Notes under the pieces: generated by a model
Databases searched by the model: none
Told to the model about the DNA's origin: nothing
Seen by the model: the letters and a program-made list of their open reading frames with translations, nothing else
Source of the DNA: Eledone cirrhosa
Taxonomy: Eukaryota
Reading direction: 5' to 3'
Assembly: GCA_964016885.1 (NCBI GenBank)
Contig: OZ024758.1
Span: forward strand, 25,730,001-25,794,000
Length of the DNA stretch: 64,000 bases
Translations under genes and position numbers: made by a program
In this document: positions 25,042 through 38,938 of the stretch, one piece after another
Position numbering within the stretch: the first letter of the stretch is position 1
Layout of the letters: each line of letters opens with the position of its first letter

Positions 25042-26904
25042 TTGATGTATTTTATGTGAAGCAACAGATCTTTCTAATCATTGCAACTGGTTATAAGCAA
25101 GGCTTTATTGTTTATGTATCCCTTCACTGATGATTGATACTCTAAAGACATTCCATCCCAGAGCCATTCACATGCTCAATATGTTGCACCAATCCAACAA
25201 CCAGCTACAGCTCATGTTTAAACCAGTTGCAGTTACTGCCCCCTGTTTGAACTGTAGCCTGCTGCTGTCAGATGATTATTGAGTTATCCTTACGGGGTCG
25301 ATAAAATAAAGTACCAGTAATGCACTGGATAATTGCTGGCCTTGTGCCTAAAGTAGAAACAATTATTGAGTTATACAAATGTACACCTTTCATCTCACTA
25401 AATACATGAACTTTCTCTTCAAAAAAAAATCAATAATGTTCGAAAAACATTGATGTTATTATAACTATCCATAACATTAGTAGCTGAACACAGGCAAATA
25501 TTTATATGCATGTGATCAGGTGTAAAGACACACTGGTTTGGTGGTTAGAGTGTTGGACTCATCATTAGAAGGCCATAGGTTCAATTCCTGGACCAGGCAG
25601 TGAATTGGGTTCTTGAGCAAGCTACTTCATTCACATTGTTTTTCATAATAGGACTTGGGCTCCTATCATTAAACACCCAAGAATCCTCCTATGAGAAGCA
25701 ACTTCATAGGAGACCAGCTAAACCTGAGTTGTAAATTTCCATTTCCATATGACGTATTTTTAAAAACTATGTTTCATATATCTACTTCTCCAAATTGAGA
25801 GATCACAGCTCCGATACTATGGGCATGTGGTTAGAATGACTCAGGAAAGAATTGCTTGAGTCACTTCAGGTAGAGCCGCTACTTCTCCAAGTTGAGAGAT
25901 CACAGCTCCGATACTATGGGCATGTGGTTAGAATGTCTCAGGAAAGAATAGCTAGACAGATTTTACGGGCTAAACCAGCCGGCAAGAGACACAGAGGTTG
26001 ACCCCGAGCAAGATGGTTGGCTGTTCACTCTTGGAGATCCAGCCAGATCAGTTGGAGGCAGTTGATTCTGACAGAACCCGCTTGGAGGAGAGTTTGAAAA
26101 CTCTGACTCTGCTTTTTCGTGGCGCCTACACGTCCACTTTACAGTGTGGGCTGGGTGCTTTTTTGCCGTGGCACCTCCACGACCACCTTGCGGTGGGGGG
26201 TGTGGGGCATATTGTCTATATGCTTCAGCTTGTACCCATGGGAGGTCGGGTACTCTGTATTACTGTGTGACGCCAACATTGACCAACATTGAGGCTAACA
26301 CTCAAAATAAAAAAAAAGATATATCATTTTTAACATACTAGTTTGTCCTTGTTGTGTAGCTCCAGTTATACAAGATTGAACAGACCTTTGGTAGAGAGGT
26401 ACTTGGTGCAATCCCTAGATCCACTCCAACATATATACCTAGACTACACAGTCCATCATAAGGGATGCAGTTCGGATATTGAAAAATGTGCAGCATGCAC
26501 ATACTAACCAACACAATTAACTAATTAGTTACACCAACGCGACCATGTTTAATTCTACTAATGTTACTAATTAATTAATCAATTATATTGACCACTCTCA
26601 CACCAACACACATACCTTACACCGAATATACTAACACACGCACCAACACATACACTACATCCAACACACCCACCAACACATACACTACACCCACCAACAC
26701 ATACACTACACCCACCAACACATACACTACACCTAACACACATACACTACACCCAACACACTCACCAACACATACACTACACCCAACACACTCACCAACA
26801 CATACTAACAAACCCACTCACATGCGTACATAGACACACCAACACGCTCATAGACAAATACACACATTTCATTGTTCTAATGCTACTAATTAACTAACTA
26901 ACTA

Positions 26905-28490
26905 ATCATCATCATCATCATCATCATCCGACAGCCTCAGCTAAAATGGACTCAACAATTGATCTCCACGAGGGTCTGTCGTTCATTGCTGTTGCCAAGT
27001 CCTGGATTTCAATACCAGAATCTCTGGAGATGACATCAGGAAAGGAGAGCTTGCGTCCCCTGTTATTAGTGACTGCTTGTGGTTTCCAGAGCACTAATAG
27101 GGACACAGCCTCATAGGTGGCATGATGGCAGTGGCCAGCAAATCGGGATAGGAGAGCTTGCGTCCCCTGTTATTAGTGACTGCTTGTGGTTTCCAGAGCA
27201 CTAAGGGGGACACAGCTTCATAGGTGGCATGATGGCAGTGGCCAGCAAATCGGGATAGGAGAGCTTGCGTCCCCTGTTATTAGTGACTGCTTGTGGTTTC
27301 CAGAGCACTAAGGGGGACACAGCCTCATAGGTGGCATGATGGCAGTGGCCAGCAAATCGGGATAGGAGAGCTTGCGTCCCTTGTTATTAGTGACTGCTTG
27401 TGGTTTCCAGAGCACTAAGGGGGACACAGCCTCATAGGTGGCATGATGGCAGTGGCCAGCAAATCGGGATAGGAGAGCTTGCGTCCCCTGTTATTAGTGA
27501 CTGCTTGTGGTTTCCAGAGCACTAAGGGGGACACAGCTTCATAGGTGGCATGATGGCAGTGGCCAGCAAATCGGGATAGGAGAGCTTGCGTCCCCTGTTA
27601 TTAGTGACTGCTTGTGGTTTCCAGAGCACTAAGGGGGACACAGCCTCATAGGTGGCATGATGGCAGTGGCCAGCAAATCGGGATAGGAGAGCTTGCGTCC
27701 CGTTATTAGTGACTGCTTGTGGTTTCCAGAGCACTAAGGGGGACACAGCCTCATGGGTGGCACGATGGCAGTGGCCAGCAAATCGGGATAGGAGAGCTTG
27801 TGGCCCCTGTTATTAGTGACTGCTTGTGGTTTCCAGAGCACTAAGGGGGACACAGCCTCATAGGTGGCATGATGGCAGTGGCCAGCAAATCGGGATAGGA
27901 GAGCTTGCGTCCCGTTATTAGTGACTGCTTGTGGTTTCCAGAGCACTAAGGGGGATACAGCCTCATGGGTGGCACGATGGCAGTGGCCAGCAAATCGGGA
28001 TAGGAGAGCTTGTGGCCCCTGTTATTAGTGACTGCTTGTGGTTTCCAGAGCACTAAGGGGGACACAGCCTCATAGGTGCCACGATGGCAGTGACCAGCAA
28101 ATCGGGATAGGAGAGCTTGCGTCCCCTGTTATTAGTGACTGCTTGTGGTTTCCAGAGCACTAAGGGGGACACAGCTTCATAGGTGGCATGATGGCAGTGG
28201 CCAGCAAATCGGGATAGGAGAGCTTGCGTCCCCTGTTATTAGTGACTGCTTGTGGTTTCCAGAGCACTAAGGGGGACACAGCCTCATAGGTGGCACGATG
28301 GCAGTGGCCAGCAAATCTTACTCTCCTTTTATGTACAACAGATTTGGGAGGCTAGCATATATTTCTTTCAAAGTCAGATGTCGCCAGCTTATGTTCTGAA
28401 TGCGTCAAAGTAGGAGAGTGTAGGTGCCATCAAAACGTTTTTGTTGTTTAGATGAAAGCGTCCATGTTTCACTTCCATATAATAAGATTG
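26905..28490 (-). mobile_element. RTE-clade LINE 3' end with an internal 107-bp array (~12 copies, 27044-28317)
   Basis: Minus frames YGSETWTLSSKQQKRFDGTY...NISWRH, RFAGHC...LVLWKP...RGRKLSFPDVISRDSG...DRPSWRSIV; (TGA)n tail. Confidence 0.8.
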
Positions 28491-28602
28491 GGAGAGATAG
28501 AGGCTATATGAGACAACCAATCTTGCCTCAAGTGGGACAATTCCCATCTAAACCCATGCTAGTGTGGAAGATAGATGTTAAACGATGATGATGATCATGA
28601 TG

Positions 28603-28920
28603 ATGAGAGATGGGGAGAGGGAGAGAGACAGAGGCAGTGACAGTGGGGGTTTGGTTCCTTTGTGTTCGGACTTGGTATATATTAGAGATGGGGAGAGGGA
28701 GAGAGGGAGAGGCAGTGACAGTGGGGGTTTGGTTCCTTTGTGTTCGGACTTGGTGTATATTAGAGATGGGGAGAGGGAGAGAGACAGAGGCAGTGACAGT
28801 GGTGCTTTTGGTTCCTTTGTGCCCGGACTTGGTGTATATTAGAGATGGGGAGAGGGAGAGAGACAGAGGCAGTGACAGTGGTGCTTTTGGTTCCTTTGTG
28901 CCCGGACTTGGTGTATATAT
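28603..28920. repeat. 77-bp tandem repeat x4 of an unclassified dispersed repeat (also ~48095-48270, 48700-48765, 58735-58825)
   Basis: GAGAGACAGAGGCAGTGACAGTGG...TTCCTTTGTGTTCGGACTTGGTGTATAT. Confidence 0.75.
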
Positions 28921-29444
28921 ATGTATACATATATTTACCACTCCTCACACGTAACAACAAATGTGACCAGATCCTTCACATTCCCACCTCCTTAGTAGTT
29001 ATTACTCACCCTTTCATTTCCCCGCTCTTTCACTACCATTTTTTTGTAGCTATTCTCACCATCACTGTACACCCACCATCCCTAGTTCACTCAGTTACAC
29101 CCCTTAAATCATAGCACCCACACTCAATCTAGCCAGACTCACCACACTGCTCCTAAAGCTCTATCACACCAGCTATAACAACCCTGTTATCATCATAATA
29201 CCTCCCCTGCAACTGATTCTCTACTCTCTGAGTTCAAATCTCTTCAAGATCAACTTTGCCTTTCATCCATTTCAGGTCGATAAAAAAAAAAGTTGATTCT
29301 TGTTCTATATCTTTTTCTCAATACCATTCTCTTACTCTCTCTATCCTTCTCTGGAAGAAATCTGCTGTATTCAAACCTGGAGAGGAGATGGGCTCCATCA
29401 GGTTTTAAAAATGCCTGTGAAACACTGTATGTCAATACAGCACC

Positions 29445-31146
29445 CAGTGCCAGATCTACCATTGTCCTTAGATGTGCTTAAGCACAGGGCCCCATTGGCC
29501 AGTGGAGCCCATCTTCCTGCCAAAATAATTTTTTACAATGAATTTTTCAAATGTTTGGGACCTCATAACTTAACTAGCACAGGGCCTCATAACTTAACTA
29601 GTACAGGGCCTCATAACTTAACTAGTACAGGGCCTCATAACTTAACTAGCACAGGACCTCATAACTTAACTAGCAGAGGGCCTCATAACTTAACTAGCAC
29701 AGGGCCTCGTAACTTAACTAGCACAGGGCCTCGAAACTTAACTAGCACAGGGCCTCATAACTTAACTAGCACAGGGCTTCATAACTTAACTAGCAGAGGG
29801 CCTCATAACTTAACTAGCAGAGGGCCTCATAACTTAACTAGTACAGGGCCTCATAACTTAACTAGAACAGGGCCTCATAACTTAACTAGAACAGGGCCTC
29901 ATAACTTAACTAGCAGAGGGCCTCATAACTTAACTAGCAGAGGGCCTCATAACTTAACTAGCAGAGGGCCTCATAACTTAACTAGCAGAGGGCCTCATAA
30001 CTTAACTAGCAGAGGGCCTCATAACTTAACTAGCACAGGGCCTCATAACTTAACTAGCACAGGGCCTCATAAGTTAACTAGCACAGGGCCTCATAACTTA
30101 ACTAGCACAGGGCCTCATAAGTTAACTAGCACAGGGCCTCATAACTTAACTAGCACAGGGCCTCATAACTTAACTAGCACAGGGCCTCATAACTTAACTA
30201 GCACAGGGCCTCATAAGTTAACTAGCATAGGGCCTCTTAACTTAACTAGCACAGGACCTCATAACTTAACTAGCACAGGGCCTCATAACTTAACTAGCAC
30301 AGGGCCTCATAACTTAACTAGCATAGGGCCTCTTAACTTAACTAGCACAGGACCTCTTAACTTAACTAGCACAGGACCTCATAACTTAACTAGCACAGGG
30401 CCTCATAACTTAACTAGCAGAGGGCCTCATAACTTAACTAGAACAGGGCCTCATAACTTAACTAGCAGAGGGCCTCATAACTTAACTAGCAGAGGGCCTC
30501 ATAACTTAACTAGAACAGGGCCTCATAACTTAACTAGCAGAGGGCCTCATAACTTAACTAGCAGAGGGCCTCATAACTTAACTAGAACAGGGCCTCGTAA
30601 CTTAACTAGCACAGGGCCTCGAAACTTAACTAGCACAGGGCCTCATAACTTAACTAGCACAGGGCCTCATAACTTAACTAGCACAGGGCCTCATAACTTA
30701 ACTAGCATAGGGCCTCTTAACTTAACTAGCACAGGACCTCATAACTTAACTAGCACAGGGCCTCGTAACTTAACTAGCATAGGGCCTCGTAACTTAACTA
30801 GCACAGGGCCTCGTAACTTAACTAGCACAGGGCCTCATAACTTAACTAGCACAGGGCCTCATAACTTAACTAGCACAGGGACTCAAAACTTAACTAGCAC
30901 AGGGCCTCATAACTTAACTAGCACAGGGCCTCGTAACTTAACTAGCACAGGGCCTCGTAACTTAACTAGCACAAGGCCTCGTAACTTAACTAGCACAGGG
31001 CCTCAAAACTTAACTAGCACAGGGCCTCGTAACTTAACTAGCACAGGGCCTCGTAACTTAACTAGCACAGGGCCTCGTAACTTAACTAGCACTGGGCCTC
31101 GAAACTTAACTAACACAGGGCCTCATTTGTCCTAAATACAGCACTG
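29445..31146. mobile_element. hAT-like MITE inserted in a family-3 SINE, inflated by a 24-bp array
   Basis: Imperfect TIRs CAGTGCCAGATCTA / TAAATACAGCACTG; 8-bp TSD ACAGCACC (29437-44) / ATGGCACC (31147-54); SINE sequence resumes after it. Confidence 0.7.
29558..31126. repeat. 24-bp minisatellite, ~65 copies
   Basis: Unit GGGCCTCATAACTTAACTAGCACA. Confidence 0.95.
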
Positions 31147-32956
31147 ATGGCACCCCTATGACTCCCTCAGGAACTGTATGTCACTACAGAGCCCCTACAA
31201 CTCTCCCAGTAGTTTAGGGACCATGCATGCATAAGTAAGATCTGTTACTGTAAGTAAACAATTCACACAAAGTCTAACTTCAGAAAATGTTATTCATATT
31301 GAAACTATATCAACAGAAATATTAATAAACAGCAAAAAAAAAAAAAATCCACAGAAATCCAAAATTATAAGATTTATATTAAAGTATCAAAAACCAAATA
31401 CCAAATCTAAAGTTAAATTTATAATTAGAAAAAGTTCCAAACTAAACAGATAAACCAATTACTTAATTATGTTTGTTATCTGTAAACTGATCTTCGATAA
31501 TGAGAAAAATTAGAAATTGACAATATTAAGAATGAGATTTAAAATAAAAATAGGAGAAAATCAAAAAATGGTCCATATGTTAAAAGTCTATACTAAACAG
31601 GTTACAATTTTTTTTGCTACAAATTTATACAAATTAATATGTTTGCTATAAATTTATACAAATTGATGTTTGCTATAAATTTATACAAATTGATATGAAG
31701 TTTTCATTAAAATTGTATTTCATAAATTTTTTTTTCTTTTTTTTTAATAGGAAAAATGTAACAAAATTCAAAACAAAACAAAATCTACCTGATATTTTCT
31801 TTATTTATTCCTGTAATTAACACTTTCTTGTGAAGATCGTTACAGCCCTAATTTATCAGTTAGCTAATTTTACTCTACGAATGAAGCTAGTATCTCTCCT
31901 CTAAACCAATGAATATTTCTAAAAGATTTATTTAACTGTTCGATTCTATTAGATTTTATGGCATTCCTTATGTTCAGCCAAGAACCAAGAAAATTCTACG
32001 ACTCCAATACAAAAGAAAATAATAATAAAACCAAATTTCAGAAAGCTATTTCCTAAAACTGAGTAAACTGAGTAAATCAACTATGATATATTGTAACGGA
32101 AGAAATTTCAATAATTGCTTTCATCCTTACGGGGTCGATAAAATAAAGTACCAGTAATGTACTGGGTAATTGCTGGCCTTGTGCCAAAAGTAGAAACAAT
32201 TATTATTATTATTATTAAGGGCAGTGGATTGGCAAAATTAGTAGAGCGTCGGACACCATGCTTCGCGGCATAAAGTTATGTTCCTTTACGATCTGAGTTC
32301 AAATCCCGCCTAGGTTGGCTAGCCCTTTCATCCTTACGCAGTCGATAAAATAAAGCATCAGTAATGCACTGGAGAGGAGGGGGGGGGGGGGGTCGATTTA
32401 ATCGACTTTCCCCTCCCTCAAAATTGCTGGTCTTGTGCCTATATAAGGAACCATTATTAACTTTCTCAGATTTCACCTGAAGAGGAAAATGAGAGGGGAA
32501 TGGGAAGTGGTGCCTTTCAACCAGTTTGTTGAGATGGGTGAGGGTGACAAGCATGGTCCCTGTGAATGGGCCTGCCTTGGAGAACAACTGGGAGGGCACT
32601 TTGCCCTAGATAACCATGGCTTTTTATGAGACTTCTCCACGGGTCACCCTTGGAGTCTCCTCACTTTGGGGAATTTGTAATGTTTATTTTTCTTAATCTC
32701 TGTTACAAATTTTATTTTTTACAAAAAAAAAAAAAAAAAAAAAAGATAACCGACACTGTAACATCCTGTACCGTCTTTAATGTTTCCTTAATGTGAACCC
32801 TGTGTGGCTAATAAAGAAAGCGTTATAATTATTTTTATTAATTTAAACATTTCAAGTTTTACTGGATGATATTTTTTCCAGTTTGAAATCATCACAAACT
32901 TAATCAGTTCTTCCAAAACCCCCACTACCTCTGCTTCTTTCTTTTTTTTAACACTG

Positions 32957-33011
<55 letters not shown>

Positions 33012-33519
33012 CATCATCATCACCGTTTTACGTCCGTTCTTCCACGCTAGCATGGGTTAGACGGGTTGTCCTGTTATGGGCAGTGTCTTGTCAAAAACAT
33101 TTTTTGATTTAATGTTATAATATTATATTATAACAGGTGGAAACATATATATATATATATATATAAATATATAAATATACATAAGAAGAAATTAAAAGAT
33201 GGACGGTGGATTGGCAGTATCGGAAGAGAGTCGGACACCATGCTTTGTAGCATAGTTACGGCCCTTTCCATTCTGAGTTTGAATCCCGCCGAGGTTAACT
33301 TTGCCTTTCATCCTTATGGGGTCGATAAAAAAAAGTACCAGTAATGCACTGGGAAATTGCTGGCCTTGTGCCAAAAGTAGAAACAAATATTATATTAAAA
33401 CATTAAATCAAAATATTTTTTAACACTACAAGTGAAGTCATTCTTTTCCTTTTTTTCAAATATACCTAACTGTACCAAGGATTTCACACATTTTCCAATA
33501 TATATATGTATATATATAT

Positions 33520-33750
33520 GTAGGAGGTGAGTTTTATTGTAGCACAATAAAGCAATGCAAATATCGGATAAGTAGCACTCAACAGTTTATTGGACTGGAG
33601 TATATATAAGAAGAAATTAAAAGATGGTTAAAAATGTTCCATGTATTTTATTATGCGTATTTCAAAAATGCATTTTTGAAATGCGCATAATAAAATAAAT
33701 GGAACTTTTTTAACCATCTTTTAATTTCTTCTTATGTATGTATATTTCTT
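33520..33750. mobile_element. Fold-back element with hammerhead 3' half in (TA)n; same family as 53780-53870
   Basis: Palindrome centred at 33670/71; GAAA-TGCGCA-TA at 33678-89; tail 33520-33605 recurs inverted at 53780-53870. Confidence 0.55.
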
Positions 33751-33967
33751 CATATATATATATATATATATATGTTTCCACCTGTTTATGATTGGGTCGA
33801 TGACGATGTTAGAATTCAATGTGGCTTTGAAGAGATGATTTCAGTGAGGTGAGGCAGTGAGTGCTATAGTTTTTGTGGCAGGTACTCATCACGTAAGGTT
33901 TCCTTCAAGATTCTGCTCAGGTACAAACCAGTATATTTCATCCATCTAGATTGAGTTCCAATTTGGC

Positions 33968-34014
33968 TATATATATGTATATATATATATATACATATAT
34001 ATATATACATATAG

Positions 34015-34073
<59 letters not shown>

Positions 34074-34118
34074 GACATATATATATATACATATAGACAT
34101 ATATATATATACATATAG

Positions 34119-34179
<61 letters not shown>

Positions 34180-34182
34180 GAC

Positions 34183-34213
<31 letters not shown>

Positions 34214-34384
34214 GACATATATATATATATATATATACATATAGACACATATATATATATATACATATAGACACATATATATATATATATATAGACATAT
34301 AGACACATATATATATATATACATATAGACACATATATATATATATATATAGACATATATATATATATATATATATACATATAG

Positions 34385-34441
<57 letters not shown>

Positions 34442-34448
34442 TATAGAC

Positions 34449-34481
<33 letters not shown>

Positions 34482-34700
34482 GACATATATATACATATAT
34501 ATATATATACATATAGACATATATATATACATATAGACATATATATATATATATTATGAGGTTGGCTCTAGAAAGAGCATCCAGCTGTAGAGAGCAAGCG
34601 AAAATCAGTTCTGTACAAGCAAGGCATGGTCACCTGACCTGGCATTGCTCACAACAGGACACCTTGTCTAACCCATGCCACCGTGGAAAATGGACTTTAA

Positions 34701-34749
<49 letters not shown>

Positions 34750-34780
34750 TATATATATATACATGTGTGTGTCGATGGAC

Positions 34781-34815
<35 letters not shown>

Positions 34816-35237
34816 CACACACATATATATATATATATATATGTGTATATATATACACACACACACACACATATATATATGCATATATATATATATTCAG
34901 TCATTCATTTCATTTCATTTCACGTCCGCTTTTTCCCTGCTTGCAAGGGTGGGACGGGAACTGATTCTGGCTTGATTTCTACAGCTGGATGCCCTTCCTA
35001 ACACCAACCTCATTTACAGTGAGTGCTGGGTGCTTTTTTGCCGTGGCACCTCCACGACCACTTTGCAGTCCCTATCATCTCATTTCTACAGCTGAGTAAA
35101 CTGGAGCAATGTGAAATAAAGTGTCTTGCTCAAGGAAACAACACATCACCCGGTCTAAGAATTGAACTCACAACCTTTCGATTGCAAGGCCAATGCTCTA
35201 ACCACTAAGCCATGTGCCTCCATATATATATATATAT

Positions 35238-35278
<41 letters not shown>

Positions 35279-35407
35279 TATATATATATATATATACACA
35301 CATATATATATATATGTGTATATATATATACATATATATATATATATACACATATATAAACACACACATATATATATATCTATATATATATACATATATA
35401 TATATAT

Positions 35408-35438
<31 letters not shown>

Positions 35439-35674
35439 CACACACATATATATATATATATATACACACATATATATATATATGTGTATATATATATACA
35501 TATATATATATATATACACATATATAAACACACACACATATATATATCTATATATATATACATATATATATATATACACACATATATAAACACACACATA
35601 TATATATATCTATATATATATACATATATATATATATATACACACACACATATATATATATGCATGTGTGTAGA

Positions 35675-35717
<43 letters not shown>
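33968..35717. repeat. Compound (TA)n/(CA)n microsatellite fields just 3' of the DBD exon (interrupted by SINE pieces)
   Basis: 33968-34552, 34705-34895, 35221-35717. Confidence 0.9.
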
Positions 35718-35720
<3 letters not shown>

Positions 35721-35802
35721 TGTATAAAATGAAAGAAAATTATATATAAATAATAAATATTAGCCAAAAATGAAGAAAAACGTATAAGAAAATGAAACTT
35801 AC

Positions 35803-35982
35803 ATTCAGAACGCATGCCAACCGCAAGGCACTTCTGTAGACGACAAAACTGACAGCGATTACGATGCATTTTTGTGACTGGGCAATCTTTGTTACCTCGA
35901 CAGGCATAGCCAAGCTGTTTCCGAATACTTCTTTTAAAGAAACCTTTGCATCCTTCACAACTAATTGCACCATAGTGACGGC
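35803..35982 (-). CDS. Coding exon of the NR2C/NR2D nuclear receptor: main C4 zinc-finger DNA-binding domain
   Basis: tttttcAG|GC CGT CAC...TCT GAA T|GTAAGT, 180 nt, phase 1/1. Translates [61 protein letters not shown]-box CEGCKG; GRHYGAIS...RKQLGY closely matches HR78/TR2/TR4 as I recall them. Confidence 0.95.
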
Positions 35983-36381
35983 CTGAAAAATACAAGAATG
36001 AGAAAATATAAAGCCACAGTCATCACTTCATTTTACGTCCCGCTTTTTCCCTGCTTGCAAGGGTGGGACGGCAACTGATTCTGGCTTGATTTCTACAGCT
36101 GGATGCCCTTCCTAACACCAACCTCATTTACAGTGAGTGCTGGGTGCTTTTTTGCCGTGGCACCTCCACGACCACTTTGCAGTGGAATGATAGAGACCCC
36201 AGTCCCTATCATTTCATTTCTACAGCTGAGTAAATTGGAGCAATGTGAAATAAAGTGTCTTGCTCAAGGAAACAACACATCACCCGGTCTGAGAATTGAA
36301 CTCACAACCTTTCGATTGCAAGGCCAATGCTCTAACCCCTAACCCATGTGCCTCCATATATATATACCCATGTGCCTCCAC

Positions 36382-36433
<52 letters not shown>

Positions 36434-37631
36434 AGTCTATGATTTTTAACCCTTTAGCATTTAAACCGGCCATATCTGGCCAGGATTTCATTCACCTCTT
36501 TTTGTTCAAACCAGCCGTAACTGGCCACTCATACTGATTTAAGGTATTGTTCTCAAAATGAATAATATCAAAATCTCATAGATTCGACATTATGTGAGAT
36601 AAAGCCTTTACCATGAAAATACAATAGTATATATAGAGTAATGTAAATGTTAAAAGATTAGATAATTTGAAAATAACCAAGAATTTATATAAAATAATTG
36701 TTTCTACTTTAGGCACAAGGCCAGCAATTACCCAGTGCATTACTGGTACTTTATTTTATCGACCCCGTAAGGATGAAAGGCAAAGTCAACCTCGGCGGGA
36801 TTTGAACTCAGATCGTAAAGGGACGTAACTATGCTGGAAAGCATGGCGTCCGACACTCTACCGATACTGCCAATCCATATAAAATAATGATAGTTGTTTA
36901 GATAAAAATAAACAGTTTTATATTGTAGATCAGTGATTCCAAACATGGGGCACAATTTGAATATTTAAGGGGTGCAATGTGCAATTTGAAAATGATGTTA
37001 ATGAGAACAAACTTCAGGTTTTACCTTATTACTTTTACATCAAGGAAACTTTGCTACACATTACTGTCGGAAAATCCTGTCTCATTTCCTCCACACATTA
37101 TTATACATCCAGTACCACCTATATACTAATCTGTTTACACTTTCCAGTTGATCACCAGTTTCCATATCAAAGGAAAGTGTGGAGGAATGTTCATGTCAAA
37201 GGGGAATATAACAATTTTCAAGATGTTGAGGTGGGACATGTTGCACTTGGGAACCACAGTTGTAGAACACGATGGGGTTTCATGCAAATTGGTATCAAAA
37301 GTGTTAATGATAATGACAAGACGAGGTAAAAAGATAATTAAAGGTCTGTTTCACGAAGAATTTGTAAGATGTATAAACCTTATTATAATTGTTTCTACTT
37401 TTGGCACAAGGCCAGCAATTACCCCAGTGTATTACTGCTACTTTATTTTATCGACCCCGTAAGGATGAAAGGCAAAGTTAACCTCGGCGGGATTTGAACT
37501 CAGAATGGCAAGGGCCGTAACTCTACTCTTGGCATCCGACCCTCTACTGATATTACCAATCCACTATAGTCATAATATAATTGTTTCTACTTTTGCCACA
37601 AGGCCAGCAATTATCCCAGTGAATTACTGGC

Positions 37632-37960
37632 ATATATAAACATGTAAATATAAACATGTAAATATAAACATGTAAATATAAACATGTATATATAAACAGG
37701 CATATATAAACATGTAAATATAAACATGTAAATATAAACAGGCATATATAAACATGTAAATATAAACATGTATATATAAACAGGCATATATAAACATGTA
37801 AATATAAACATGTAAATATAAACATGTAAATATAAACATGTAAATATAAACAGGCATATATAAACATGTAAATATAAACATGTATATATAAACAGGCATA
37901 TATAAACATGTAAATATAAACATGTAAATATAAACATGTATATATAAACAGGCATATATA
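37632..37960. repeat. 14/16-bp AT-rich minisatellite
   Basis: ATATAAACATGTAA units with ATATAAACAGGCAT variants. Confidence 0.9.
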
Positions 37961-38137
37961 AAAATGCATATGTGAACTGACTAGACTTTTCATGAGTTGC
38001 ATATACAACACTACTTATACATATATCCAAAATGGTGAAAAAGTTATAAATATATTATACAAGACCTGTCAATCTCTAAAAACTCAAACAGGGAGTACCA
38101 TAAAAAAAGTGCCCCCAAAATGGGGAGATTTTACATA

Positions 38138-38938
38138 ATTGTTTCTACTTTAGGCACAAGGCCAGCATTTACCCAGTGCATTACTGGTACTTTATTTTAT
38201 CGACCCCGTAAGGATGAAAGGCAAAGTCAACCTCGGCGGGATTTGAACTCAGATCGTAAAGGGACGTAACTATGCTGGAAAGCATGGCGTCCGACCCTCT
38301 ACCGATACTGCCAATCCATATAAAATAATTGTTTCTACTTTTGGCACAAGGCCAGCAAATACCCAGTGCATTACTGGTACTTTATTTTATCGACCCCGTA
38401 AGGATGAAAGGCAAAGTTAACCTCGGCGGGATTTGAACTCAGAATGGCAAGGGCCGTAACTCTATGCATCAAAGCATGGTGTCCGACTCTTTACCGATAC
38501 TGCCAATCCACCGCCTTATAAACCTTATTATAATGATTTCTACTATAGGTACAAGGTCAGCAATTTAGTGGAGGGGAAAGTCAATTAAATTGACCCCAGA
38601 GCATTACTGGTACTTTATTTTATGGACCCACATAAGGATGAAAGGCAGAGTTAACCTCAACAGGATTTAAACTGAGACGGTAAAGGGCCATAACTTTATG
38701 CTGCAAAGCATGGTGTCCGATGCTCTACCAATTCTGCCAATATTATAACAATGGATTGGCAGTATCGGTAGAGGGTCGAACGCCATGCTTTGACGCATTG
38801 AGTTACGGCCCTTGCCATTCTGATTTCAAATCCCGCCGAGGTCAACTTTGCCTTTCATCCTTACGGGGTCGATAAAATAAAGTACCAGTAATGTACTGGG
38901 TAATTGCTGGCCTTGTTGCCAAAAAGTAGAAACAATTA
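38138..38938. mobile_element. Cluster of four family-1 SINEs (three minus, one plus)
   Basis: Repeated A/B boxes and core. Confidence 0.85.

Noticed and set aside
33864-35732. YI/HT/CV-rich ORFs (also 43322-44158, 37553-38030, 51289-52053, 57121-57955)
   Set aside because: Translations of microsatellites.
35198-35802. C-terminal part of the 265-aa ORF continuing the DBD
   Set aside because: Read-through past a consensus GTAAGT donor into intron and TA repeats.
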